64,000 bases of DNA, from contig JBHGNT010000022.1 of assembly GCA_043228905.1 (NCBI GenBank), positions 10,044,001 to 10,108,000 on the forward strand. The letters run 5' to 3'. Position 1 is the first letter of the stretch. Each line of letters opens with the position of its first letter. Both the position numbers and the translations under genes were made by a program. The stretch comes from Azolla caroliniana (Eukaryota; Plantae; Polypodiophyta). Of the stretch, positions 37,201 through 49,854 are shown one piece after another. Under the pieces are notes generated by a model that ran no database searches, was not told the origin of the DNA, and was given only the letters and a program-made list of their open reading frames with translations.

Positions 37201-40200
37201 AATACTTGTGAATCACAAACAATGTTTTCAATAGCACACTATATTTATGACAACACAAATAATACTATGTTGTACTCAATTACACAATTAGGAAAGTGAG
37301 TTACTTTACGTACTTGAATACAAGCCCTGCATTTTGTTGGAGTGTGGTTGGAATCGTTCCACTAAAGTTGTTGTGTGACAAATCACTAGAAGTGCCAGGC
37401 AATGAGAACAAAACAACATAAGTAACAACCACACGAAGTGTTTGTGATTTTAGGAAAACAATGATTCTTACAGATATTTCAACTTTGTCAATTTCCCAAG
37501 TGAAGTAGGGATTGGTCCACTCAATTTGTTATTGCTCAAATTCCTGTAGAGTTTATACATTTCAACCCAGTGTATTCATGGATCAGATACACATATTTTC
37601 AATATTTATGCATCTTCTTGTTAAATATACAAATACAATAATAGCCAATAGGTTTTTATATTAAGAAGACACACTTAATGAGGTAAAATTAAACACTTAT
37701 ACACATCCATATATATTTGTGGGATGTAGTAAGTAAGTATTAGAAAAGAACACTTACAACACTTCAAGGGATAGCAAATTGCTCAAATCAGGAACTTGCC
37801 CTTCCAAAGCATTCCCATCTAGAAGTCTACATGACATGGTGGTTGATCATAGTTTTTTGCATGATTTATAATTGATTTCAAAAGTCTTATATGTAGGTAA
37901 ATGTGTAAAAGCTTTATCTTACATTTGAACAAGCCCATCAAGATTGTTGATGCTCGAGGGGAAACCTCCCGCTAGGTTGTAATTAGATAAGGATCTATGA
38001 TCAACAAATTATGCCAGTGATTACATATTGATTTTTTGGTAAACATAATGTGAATACTAGACTTTTGAATGTAGTGTACCCACATAGATGTGACCCTGGG
38101 AGGAGAAGTATTGTCATCACATCCTATCCATGGGTATTTGTAATCCAATGGCAAACATGGATCTCCCTCGAAGATAATCATATTTGATAAGGTGGTTGTT
38201 ATACCTTCAATGCCCAATTCTATTAAAATAACACCAATATATGACATTACTAAAGGTGTTGGCCCAATATATGGAAGACATTTAAAAGTATGAATTGAAA
38301 GACTAATATATATATTAGTCCCACTAGCAAGTCAATGAATTGTAAGTGTGAGACAACCCAAGTGTAGACATATATGTATAATTGCCTAATATATCAAGGG
38401 CTAGCTACCCTATGTGGACATACAAATCATAACCTCCATGATATATATTCATTTGTTTATATTTATCATACAGTTGAGTCTTGAGAAAACTTGTGTACAC
38501 ATGAATCGTCATGTTGTGTTCAAATCAATCATGACATCCTTATGCCTAAGAGTTTACTTATAATGAAAGAAATACTTAAAGAATAAGCTTCCTTTATAAA
38601 AGGAAATTACCCATGAACATTATGGAAAGCATACTTTGATTAGCTATTTATTCATATTAGATAAGGAAGCACATACTGTCATTGGATGAGGTGGAGACAA
38701 CCATGGGGTTGTCAAAAACTTGCATCACTTCAAGTGCAGAGAGAAAAGGGAGATATATGGAGGATGGGGAAGGCGTAAGGGTGATAAGGACATAGTCGAC
38801 GTAAGGGCCAAAGGCACTAGCTGTGTAAATTGCATACCAATTGTAGTGTCCAGAAGTACGATTGAACACATCGACATTTTGCATGGTAGGTGCTCCGTTG
38901 AGGCTAACATCAAAGACACGACCGACTGTGATTTGAGGATCTAGTTCTACAAAAAACAAGTTAATGTAGTAAAGGTGTTTCCCGGGAAGGCTAAAGTTGT
39001 ACACAAGGCCAACTGTCGTGTTTGCCATCACATTCGATTGCATCACCACCATAGGCACAATGTCCGGCATGCCTGACACATATACTGTGTTGCTCGTCAT
39101 GTTCGTGGGGCCAGTTGTCGATGTGAACCAAAACCTATCCAAACTATCGGTTGGGAATCTACAATGTTGAACCATATTATCTTGATCAGTTTGAATCTAC
39201 AAACTAAATCGCATTAAAGGCACATTTGTGCCCACTTTGGCTTTAAGGTTTGCATGTAGTCTCCTTGGTTGGAAAATTTGTTTTGTTGGTTTTTTCTTCC
39301 CTTTCATACCTTCCACAAGCAATATGGGGTAAATTGTAATATATAAATAAAAACATGCACAACAAATGCATTTGTATCACAATAATTTTTCATGTTGCAC
39401 TTAAAAACATGATCAAGTTGTTATTGAAACTTCTACTATCGCATAAACAACTTCACACCTTGACTTCTTAATATACTTTTCTTCCTACCAATAGCCTATA
39501 GGAAATAAAGGTTTACACCAAAATGTTTTGTGATGCACTTACACTTGAATTTGTGAGTCAATCTTTGACCACAACATCCAAAACTTCCTAATTTTGACTA
39601 TTTACAAATTCTAAGATAACGAAGATGAATTCAAAAGAGTTGTATACCAAATTGCATGAATGAATGAATTAATATCGTTTATCTAAAATATGATAGTGTG
39701 TCACTGTTAATGTATACACAAGTTACGATGTTACCAGAGAAAATTTGAAGTCTTCTATATTTTCATTTTTATAGCCAAAAAGATGTTAGTTTGACCAATT
39801 CATGCATATCTGATAATTTGCTAAGTTCTAGAGCTCATCTTTAGATTTTACGATGCATTACTTAATGATGTGAGTTTATGGACTATTGGTATGGCTTCGC
39901 ATGGAAAGGGGCCTTACATTAACACATGACGCCAAAATGATCTTGTTGTATGTAATGTGTTTCATGGGACAAATGGGATATTGACCAAAGAATTCTTCAT
40001 CAAACTTGCATATATTCCCTATCTTCACCATATGTTGATCCTTAATTTTGGATTACACTAGTTGTTTCAAAATATAGCGTTAAACAATTTGACAAATGAA
40101 ACTTTGGCGTTTGAAACCTTTAATATCACCTAAAAGCCAACGGAAAATATCGCCTAGCAAAATATATAACAAAAAGACCAGTGAATTTCATATCAATTTG

Positions 40201-42166
40201 AACGCTAATCAAGAAAAAGCTTCATATAAAGTGAGTTTATCTTCCACATTTTAACTTGGACGCCCATGTTTTATTGTGGGTGAAAGATTGATTTCTTTCA
40301 ATCCTATAGTTAATAAAGAGAAACTATATCATATATAATGTTTAACCACTTTGGGGTGATTCTAGTGAGAGTAATGTTTTGTATTATATCTCTTAAACAA
40401 AGAATGTTTTGAACTCTTTTAGAGGATCTTCAAATATAAGAGAGAGATAGTTCAACACATCCAACTAGAGAAAGGCTTGCTTAAGTGACAATGCCTTTGC
40501 GAATGACCTAATACATTTTTAAATAGTCATGTTTGCAACAAAAACGATGTCAAAATATCATGCATACTGAAAATGTATTTTTCATAAAGCTTTGCTTTAT
40601 TTTGACTCTCACCATACATCCAAACCAAGTAAATATGGTAAGTGCCTTGGGAAGCATCTTTTTTCATTTGTCAAGAGAGGCCAAAATGGTATAAGAGGCA
40701 TTGGCATATTAGTGGCTCCAGTTTGGTGCGATGAGGGTGTAATATCCTCAAATTTGGACCCATTGTAGCACAAAACAATGGTGTCAACTATTTATAGGCC
40801 TTGTTTTATCGTTTCTCACAATTGAAATCAATAAATTATTCATTTTTATAATTCTAAAATTTTATACAAGATTAATAATTGAAATATAAATTTTTAGTTC
40901 TATGATAATCAATGGTGCCTAGAAAACTCTTCTTTTCGAAATTTCGAAGCAAGCAATTTGAAATATCTCAAAAACAATCGACAGAGATTCAAAAAACCTC
41001 TTATATTATCGATTGGAAAAATCACCCTATTTCCTTTTAAGTGACCTTCTTTCTAAAATTGTTTACGTTTTTTTACCCTGCTTATGAATCATTTTGTGTT
41101 ACAACTTCCTAGCAACGAGTACAGGAGAATGCTAAAGTTTCCACTTCTTGTACAATTGTGCAAAGTTTTTAGAGTATTGGTAGTTGCAATTATGCCATGG
41201 TAAAGACACTAATCTTCACCAGCATATTTGTGTCTACAGAACAATACCTACACAATGTATACGGAAGCAACCATGTTTGGGTTCACATGGCCATAAGGTC
41301 CTTCGAGATGTGTGTATGTGCATAACCCAACCAACAATATATGTATATGACAAGTATCATGATACATATAGAGTAAGTAAACTACTTCTTTCACTACTAG
41401 AGCTTGTGCTTTGTGCTTTAGCTTTTGTATGCAATGGCAAGTTTATTTACCTGATAATGGGCGGGCTTTTATCCGCAGCACCCAAGTCGTATCGGATCGG
41501 GCCCCGTAAGGCGCTGTTAGAGCTATTCAAGACCTTAATAGCAGTCAAGGTGTCGACTAGAGGGCGCAATTCGATACTGTTGACAAATGGGGCGTCACTC
41601 ACATCGGACTCCGCCGAGAAGCACAGGTTCACGGACTTGCTCCCGTCGAGAGCTTGTACATAGTACTCCTCCACATATGCATTTGTTTGCGGGAGCAAGA
41701 TGTCGATCCGTGGCCCGACGTAGCTGTCAATGATGATATAGAAACTCAGGACCCCGCCGACACGCGTCGAGGCCGATGTGAAGTTTGTGCTGCACCAGAA
41801 GGTAACACGGATCAAGTAGTAGTTGTTGGCTTGGGCAGGGAGGGAGTAGCAGAACTTGGTAGGGCTAGGGGACCCGGCTGATTTTGGAGGGGGTTTGAAA
41901 TATCGGAACGACTGGTAATGCTTCTCATCGGCAAACTCAGTTGACGGGGGACCGAGGGTGGAGGTTGTCGACCAATCCGCGAGTTGTGGCCATAGGATGG
42001 TGTCCGGGGTCCATACGATCCCGGTTGTTGGGTCGGTGTAATTCGCGGTCTCCGTGGTGCCGACATCAATGCTGAGGAATCCGGGAGGGGATTGGGCGGT
42101 CACTCGCAGCAGACTGGCTACACTAACCACAATGAGGAGGAGGATTAAGGGTGATTGTGGAGCCAT
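34234..42166 (-). CDS. Malectin-like domain LRR receptor-like Ser/Thr kinase (LRR-I, IOS1/SYMRK-type architecture), about 949 aa, 14 exons
   Basis: Exons, all GT-AG and phase consistent, 2850 nt total: 42166-41451, 39158-38677, 38219-38084, 37994-37923, 37826-37758, 37543-37472, 37385-37314, 37175-36928, 35966-35755, 35584-35461, 35289-35224, 35100-34917, 34715-34577, 34491-34234. Signal peptide, GFLSIDVG malectin-like domain, GDPC motif, four single-LRR exons, TM helix, [28 protein letters not shown] kinase motifs. Confidence 0.95.
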
Positions 42167-42324
42167 GACACAAAAATCAGAGTCTCAAGACTATTAGTGG
42201 AGGCACACACACACAAAGAGACAAAGAGGAAGCCTATCCAAATGGCTCATCATGTTGGTAATTTGAAGGCTTTTCCACAAATGGTTTGCTTTTTCTTTGT
42301 TTAATTCCTTTTCTTTGTTTAGTT

Positions 42325-42415
42325 CCTTCCGCGTTGACTTGTGCTATCGTTTTGTGATCAATAGTCTAAATAATGTTGCTCACGCGTCTCGAAACTATTT
42401 GTTGTTGACGTCAAT
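42325..42415. promoter_or_regulatory. Candidate cis-element cluster 160-250 bp upstream of the kinase ATG
   Basis: CCGCGT 42329 and ACGCGT 42382 (CGCG boxes), TTGACT 42334 (W-box), TTGACGTCAA palindrome 42405. Confidence 0.4.
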
Positions 42416-43744
42416 GTGTAGTTCTCCTCGAGAAAAATAATATATATCGAGTGTAGTCATTCACCTAACATACCTAAACAACTATCCATGTTTACTTGCG
42501 CAAATTTCTCCTTTGAGCGATGGTAAGTTGTAACCGGAAATGCTGTTTTTTCAATGGTATCGCATATTGAATATTAATCATACCTCTTAGGGTAGGATTG
42601 AACTCTTTGTATTGTGTTATTTAATACACATATGTCAAGTAGAACCTCTAGAAACGTGGCATTATTGCCAACCATACTCCCCAAATGTCAAGTTTAATGG
42701 AGGATGGCTATGCTGAATTTGGGTTGTATGAGGCTTACGTGGAGGGTATGTTGTCGAGTAATGCTATGCTCATCGCATAATGTGGTGTTTTGGAATTTTT
42801 TTGTTGTTTCCTTTACACATGTTGTTTTCTTTTCGACATGGAAGTTGGCTTGTAAGATATGAGTGGTATATTATCCTATGTACATTGCCTTAACTAATGG
42901 AAGTAGTTTTTTTTAGAAAGAAAAAGTTTAATGTGTACAAAAAGTGCATTCACCATTGACTTTTGATATAGGCAATATGTAATAAAAACTACATTTTGCT
43001 AGTAATTACTAACTCAAGGAAAATCATGTTTGTCGTTATTTCGATTAGCATATTGTCTTCCTAAGCCTACACGTCATTTTCATGATGGTTTCTTTAATGG
43101 AAATTTATGATGGGTTTTAGATTGGGTGCATCTATGATGTGTATGGCTAATTTATCAAATCAATCACATTGCACTTAACTTCCAAGTTCAAACCCAAACA
43201 ATGTTATAGACTATACAACTTTACAATTGTGGTTTACGGTTGCCTCGATATTGTTGAACTTGCCAAATTATTTGTGAAGATGGAAAGCCACTTTGTCCAA
43301 CACATGAAATAATATTTGACTTAGCTCTCGTGAAATAATGGATGCATTGTGAGTACATTTGACAAAAACATGGCACAAATCCCAAGTTGACCCCTTCTTT
43401 TAATAACTCGTAATATTGTTGGATGTCAATTACTTGAATAGATTTGCACCCAATTGAATTAAAATTTAAAAGACTTTGTAATGTAATTTAACAAAAAGGC
43501 GTAGTAGCATATGCACCTATTCTGAAGCCCTGATGTATAAGCACCACATGTGTAGCTTTTAGATGGTAAATAGACACTACTAGGTTGCTTCTAATTCTAC
43601 TAGAACTCGATTCATTTGATGGTATTGATTATAATTATCTTAGTATCTCAAGTTGTATATATCTTGTTTATTATAACTTAGTATCTCATTTGACATTACT
43701 TATTTTACCAATCATTGTCTTCCATGATATAACTCTAAAGAAAC

Positions 43745-44698
43745 AGAGAATCCTCCAAATGAAGTTCTTTGCTACAAGTGGCAATTTAGAATGCCAACTA
43801 CGTTGTAAGATCTACCACCACCCATGATCAGATTTGTGCATTTTCCATTCTTCTTCAGCCTTACAGCCATCTAAGAGACTCAACAGAGCAATGATACAAA
43901 AGATTAGTAGTCACTTGTAACAACGACGTTTGATCCCGTAAAAACCAATCAATCCACGGTTGTTCTCCTGTTTGTAGAGGTAAGGGACCTTGCATCAATG
44001 CTATATTTTGTAGTTGTTGCCAAATAAACCCATAATTAGGCGTGATGCGTAATAATTGTCGCGCTTCAACAAACTCCAAAATTCTTTGAGATGGAGCCTC
44101 AATTATATCTCCCACCTCTTTGACCCCCAACAAAACAAATGAATAAATTGAGAGTGCAATCTCTCCTTTCCTGACCAACATAATAACCGAGAAGACATAA
44201 GTAACTCTTTTTGCAAAGAATTACAATGCACTCTACTAGATGATGGTTTCCATACACATAACAAGAGTGCTTCTTGCATGAAGTAACCAAGTGTTGAACA
44301 CATGAAGAGCTCGGAATCCTAAGTGAAATACATCCATTTAGTAATTGCCACCATGAAGCCTTAATTGTTTTTCTCCCATGTGTTAAACCCTTGTTCTCAA
44401 TGAAATATTGAACAATAGATATCCATGGTTGTGAGTTTGAACACATTTCTTGTAATAATGAAAATCTACGAGCCATCATATGCATAGATAAGTTCAATAT
44501 TCCAGCGCCCTCCAAGCGCCTAGGGGTTGCTAGATGATTCCATGCAACCCAAGTGATTCCCATATTATCCCTCTTCTTCAACAACAAATATCGAAGAAGT
44601 TGCAAAACAGGATTGTAAAAACAAATAGCGTGTGGAAGCAATAGAAAACAGAAAACAGAGAATAGACAGCAAGTTTAATGGAGAGCTTAACAGTACGC

Positions 44699-44764
<66 letters not shown>

Positions 44765-47700
44765 AAGAATCTCTATTCAAAATTATATCAACACTCTGTA
44801 CATAGTGTGTGTTCAACGAACACTTTTATACAAGTCCATACGGACTGACAGAAGTACGGTGTACTTCAATGCTCACTCGAGCGTCTGACACTAACTACGA
44901 GAGTAATAAATCCCTAGTAGTCTAGCTGCTACTAAGCTTCCGGTTACTAATGGATCCGGCTAACCGGCTCCCCAGCTCACCGGCTCTTTGCTCACCGGGT
45001 GCTCATCGACTCACCGATCTGTCTTGCTCACCGGCTCAGGCTTAATCAGCCGATCCGGCTCCGATTGAGCTTGCTGCTCAACACTCCCCTTCAAGCTCAA
45101 CTTGAGGTCCGATCGTAGTGTCAACGTCTGTGGCAATCGGTCCTTCTGCCCGGCTCCTTTTGGTGTCACTTCGCCTTGCTAGCGCTCCTCATCCGGTCCG
45201 GTTCTGTTTGCCGCGACCCCTGTTGTTCTGCGCACCTCGACCTCCTCGGTCAGCTTGTCTGCTCAACAGGCCCAATTCAGCTCCCTTGTTGCTGTGACTT
45301 TGGCGCGTTCCGGTTCGCCGATTCCATCGTGTTGGCGTCGACTTTCGCTGCCTTCTCGTCCTCTTGGCCTTGAATTGGTCCGGTTCTTCCGAATTTGTCT
45401 GTTAAACCGAATCGACTGTCTCCAATTCGTTCTAGCTCTTGTCCAAATCGGTTGCTCTCGATTCGTCTTCTGGTTCCAGGCCCTTCACCACATCGGACCA
45501 TGTCCGAGTCTTGGCCTTCTTCCATCGGTCGACTCTGTCCTTCTTGACTCTGCCGCCGCTGCCGCTTGACTCGGCTCGGCTTGTCTCCTTTGTCGACTCG
45601 GCTCCTTTCTTCTTCTTGACTTTCCTTTCGTCGGTTCGTCCCTCACCGACGCAATCGGCAGTCTCTTTGCTTTTGCCCGTTCTCCCCCTCAAGTGTGGCA
45701 TGTCGAGATGCTGAACACCAAGCATTTCGGTGAAGTGCTGCAACTTGTCTGATCCGAGTGGTTTGGTGAAGATGTCGGCAACTTGCCGATCCGTGTGAAC
45801 ATACCGAAGTTCAACCTCACCGCTCAAGACACGCTCACGCACGAAGTGATAGTGCACTTCTATTTGCTTTGTGCGAGCATGGAATACGGGGTTCTTGGCG
45901 AGTTGCATGCTGCTTATGTTGTTGCAGTAGACTAGAATCAAGGTCGGTACCTCGATCCGTACGTCTTGCAGCAGTCGCCGAAGCCAAATGGCTTCAGAGG
46001 TGGCAATGGTAACGCCCCAATACTCAGCCTCAGTGCTCGACAGAGCAACTGTTGGCTGCTTTTTGCTGCTCCACGCAACAACCGCGCTATCTAGGGAAAA
46101 CATGTAACCGGAGGTTGATTGGCGATTTGATGCATCACCGGCCCAGTCGGCATCTGTGTAACCAACCAACTCTTCGGTTATACCACGCTGGTATAACAGG
46201 CCCCGGTCCTTCGTGCCGCTCACATACCGCAATATTCGGTGTGCGCACTGAAGATGCTCCACGGTCAGCTTCTGCATGAATTGGCTAATCACACCGATCG
46301 GATAGTTGATGTCGGGTCGGCTGATGGTTAAATATATAAGGCTTTCGACGATTTGTCGGAACTGTTTCTCATTGTAGGCCGGTCTGGAGTTGGGACAGAG
46401 CTTTTGGTTCCGGTCCAAGGGAGTAGAGATAGGTCGGCATTCCGTCATGCCGAACTTGTACAACATATTCAACACAGAGTGCCTTTGTGAGAGCAATATG
46501 CCATTGGAGGTTTGGATCACCTCGATCCCAAGAAAATAATGAAGGTCCCCCAGGTCCTTCATCTCAAACGCATCCGACAACTGGGACTTGACTCGGCTGA
46601 TTTCATCGAGTACGGGTTCGGTGATGAACAGATCATAAATGTACAACAAGATGCAAACCGAACTGTCCGGACCTTGCGAGATGAATAACGAAGAGTTAGA
46701 CTTGGAGGCCGCAAACCCCATCGTACGCAACCGGTGCGTGATCTTCGCATTCCAAGCTCGAGGGGCTTGCTTCAGTCCATAAAGTGACTTCTTCAGCCAG
46801 CATACCGCTGACTTGTTCATCTCCGTCTGGAAACCGGGGGGTTGTATCATAAAGACCTCTTCTTCAAGATCTCCTTGAAGAAATGCATTCTTCACATCCA
46901 TTTGGTGAAGATGCCACCCCCTTGCTGCTGCAACCGCCAGCACCACACGAACCGTCGTCATCTTCGCTACCGGAGCGAATGTCTCATCATAATCGATTCT
47001 GTGGGTCTGTGCGTATCCCTTTGCCACTAACCGGGCCTTGTACCGATTAACTGAACTGTTGGCATTGTACTTTACCTTGTACACCCACTTGCATCCGATC
47101 GGTTTACAGTGACAGGGAGGGTCAACTAGGTGCCATGTATCGTTGGCATCAAGTGCCCGCATCTCTTCTTCCATAGTGGCACGCCAATGTGCATCCTTTG
47201 TCGCTTTTGCGTAGCTCTCCGGCTCACGCACTTTCGCCACCTTGGTCATGTACGCATAGTGATGCGTCATGTACTCATTGTACCCGTACCATTTAATAGG
47301 TTCCTTCTGGCGGGTTGACTGGCGTAACCCACCGTTACCCAGTTTGAGGCCCTTCTTGGCCAGTTCGGTCTTCGGTGTCGAAGAACCGTTATTTTCCTTT
47401 CCGGAGTCGGATCCGCTCCGATCCGACTCATCAATACCGGTTCCATAATCTAGCATCTTCTTCTTCCCCTTCTCTTGCTTCCTCCGCTTCTCATTCGGCA
47501 CATGCACATATGCTATGCTGTCTAAAATCCGAAGGTGTCTCAAATTCGGCTTGCACCCGAAATACAGCTCATGCGCGGACACCTTGTCGCCGATCTGGTT
47601 TTGGATGTTTTGGATGTAGACGGCCGTCCAGACTGCCTCCGCCCAGTAGAAATGGGGCATGCTCTTCTCTTCCAGCATTGCCCTTGCTGCGTCGACAAGC

Positions 47701-49792
47701 GACCGATTCTTCCTTTCGGCCACACTGTTTTGCTCCGGTGTGTATCTGCAGCTGAACTTTCTCCGAATTCCTGTTTGTTGCAGATAACTGTTGAATTGGC
47801 CTAAAAAATATTCTTTTCCGCCATCTGACCGTAGGCACTTGATCTTCCTCTCCGATTCCCGTTCCACCATGCTCTGGAGGTTCCGGAAACAGTCAAAGAC
47901 TTCGCTCTTCCGCTCAATGAGGTAGATCCATGTGTGCTGGCTATAGTCGTTGATGAAGGAGACGAAGTATCGACTCCCGCCAAGACTCACGTTTTGTGCC
48001 GGTCCCCATACATCCGAATGAATAAGGTCAAGCTTGTTACAACTACGGTTTTGTTCGGCGGGGAATGGAAGCCGGTGTTGGTTCCCGAGTTGGTAGGCTT
48101 CACATACTTGGGCCTTCTAGCCACTAAACTTTGGCAAACCGAAAACAATTTGTTTCGTTTACAAGTCTTGAAGCCGTCGGTAATTGACGTGGACGATCCG
48201 CTTGTGCCACAGGTCGATGTCCGATTCGACCTTCTGTCCTTTGGCGAACAAGGCGGTGTCGACGTCATTGGTGTCGAGGATGAACATCCTCCCATCTCTG
48301 CACCCTTGTGCGATAATCTGGTCCTCCTCCTCGATGAAGCACCCGAGGTGCGTAAACTGCGCCTGCATTCCCTGGTCGACGATCTGTCCGACCGACACCA
48401 GGTTCTTCGTGATAGTCGGAATGTGTAATACGTTCATCAGCTTCCCCCTCTGTCCGACATGGCTCAAGGGAACTTCTCCGACATGCACGATTGGGTGAGG
48501 AGTGTCGTCTCCTGTTTCGACAACTCCCGGTTGTTCCGGTTTCTCCAAGAAGGAGAACCACTCTTTGTGGCTCGTCATGTGATTTGATGCATCGGAATCA
48601 ACGTACCACACTTCCTCTGATTTGGAAGTGGTCTTTTTCATCGAGTTTGCCTCGTGCTTCATCACCAAGGCTGGCCCGTTACCGGTCTTCCCGGTTCCGG
48701 ATCCTTTCGATCCTTGCGCGTAGTGCGAGCTTTGCCGGTTCTCCCGACCGGTTTTGCCGGATCCGGATTTGTCCGAATCAGCGCGCTTCTTCCAACACTC
48801 GCTTTCTCTGTGGCCCTTTTTACCACAGTACCAGCATTCCAAGGCAAATTTTTCTTACCGGCTTCCGGCGCCGCCTTGACTCCCCCTGCTTGTGGAAATC
48901 CTGGAACTACTGTCGGCACGGTCTCTGTGCCGTTGGTCTTGCCCTTGCCGGCCACCTCCATTACGTGCCGACCCGCCTCGTCCACCACACCCACGGGGCG
49001 ATCCGCCTTCGTGTACGGCATCCGGCTATCGGTGGGTGCACTTGTTGACGCACCGGCGTGGTTCTCCTCTACAAGGAGCATCGACTGTAAGTCGAAAAAA
49101 GATGGCGTAGTCTCCCTCGTACATACTGTTGTCCGGAAAGCTCGGAACTTAGACGCCAGGCCCCCAAGACAAACCAATACCATCTCGTCTTTCTCTACTG
49201 TGACATTGATAGAGGCAAGTGAGTCATAGATCTCTTTGATTCGGGTCGTGTAATCAGCCACCAACATGTCCTTCTGTCGGACATTGCTCAACTCTTGTCG
49301 GAGTTGCAGCTTCTGGGCTGTGGTGTTTGCGGCGAACACCTTCTTCAGGTTTTCCCAAGCCTCTTTCGGCGTCCTGGCATCTCGGACGTGGCTCAGCAGG
49401 TGGTCTCCGACATTGGACGCAAAGCAATACATCACTTTGCTTGCCGGTTGTTCCCAAACCGGGAAGTCCTTGTGTGCCGCATGAGGTGTAGAGTCGTTAG
49501 CTCCGTCGACATAGCTCCAATACCCATGCCCAAGCAGGTACTGGTGCATCTTGTAAGACCAAGATGTGTAGTTGGTTCTATTGAGCTTCTCCACCAGGAG
49601 CGAGCTAGCCATTCCTCAATCCATTTTGCTTTTCCTGTTCTTTACGAAAGTTTCCCTTTCAAGCTATGTCGGCTGCAGAGGTTCTCAACCCTCACGCTTT
49701 GATACCATGTAAAAACAAATAGCGTGCGGAAGCAATAGAAAACAAAAAACAGAGAATAGAGAGCAGGTTTAATGGAGAGCTTAACAGTACGC

Positions 49793-49854
<62 letters not shown>

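Noticed and set aside
34234-42166. Naming the kinase SYMRK or IOS1
   Set aside because: The architecture is shared by a large family; orthology needs a phylogeny.
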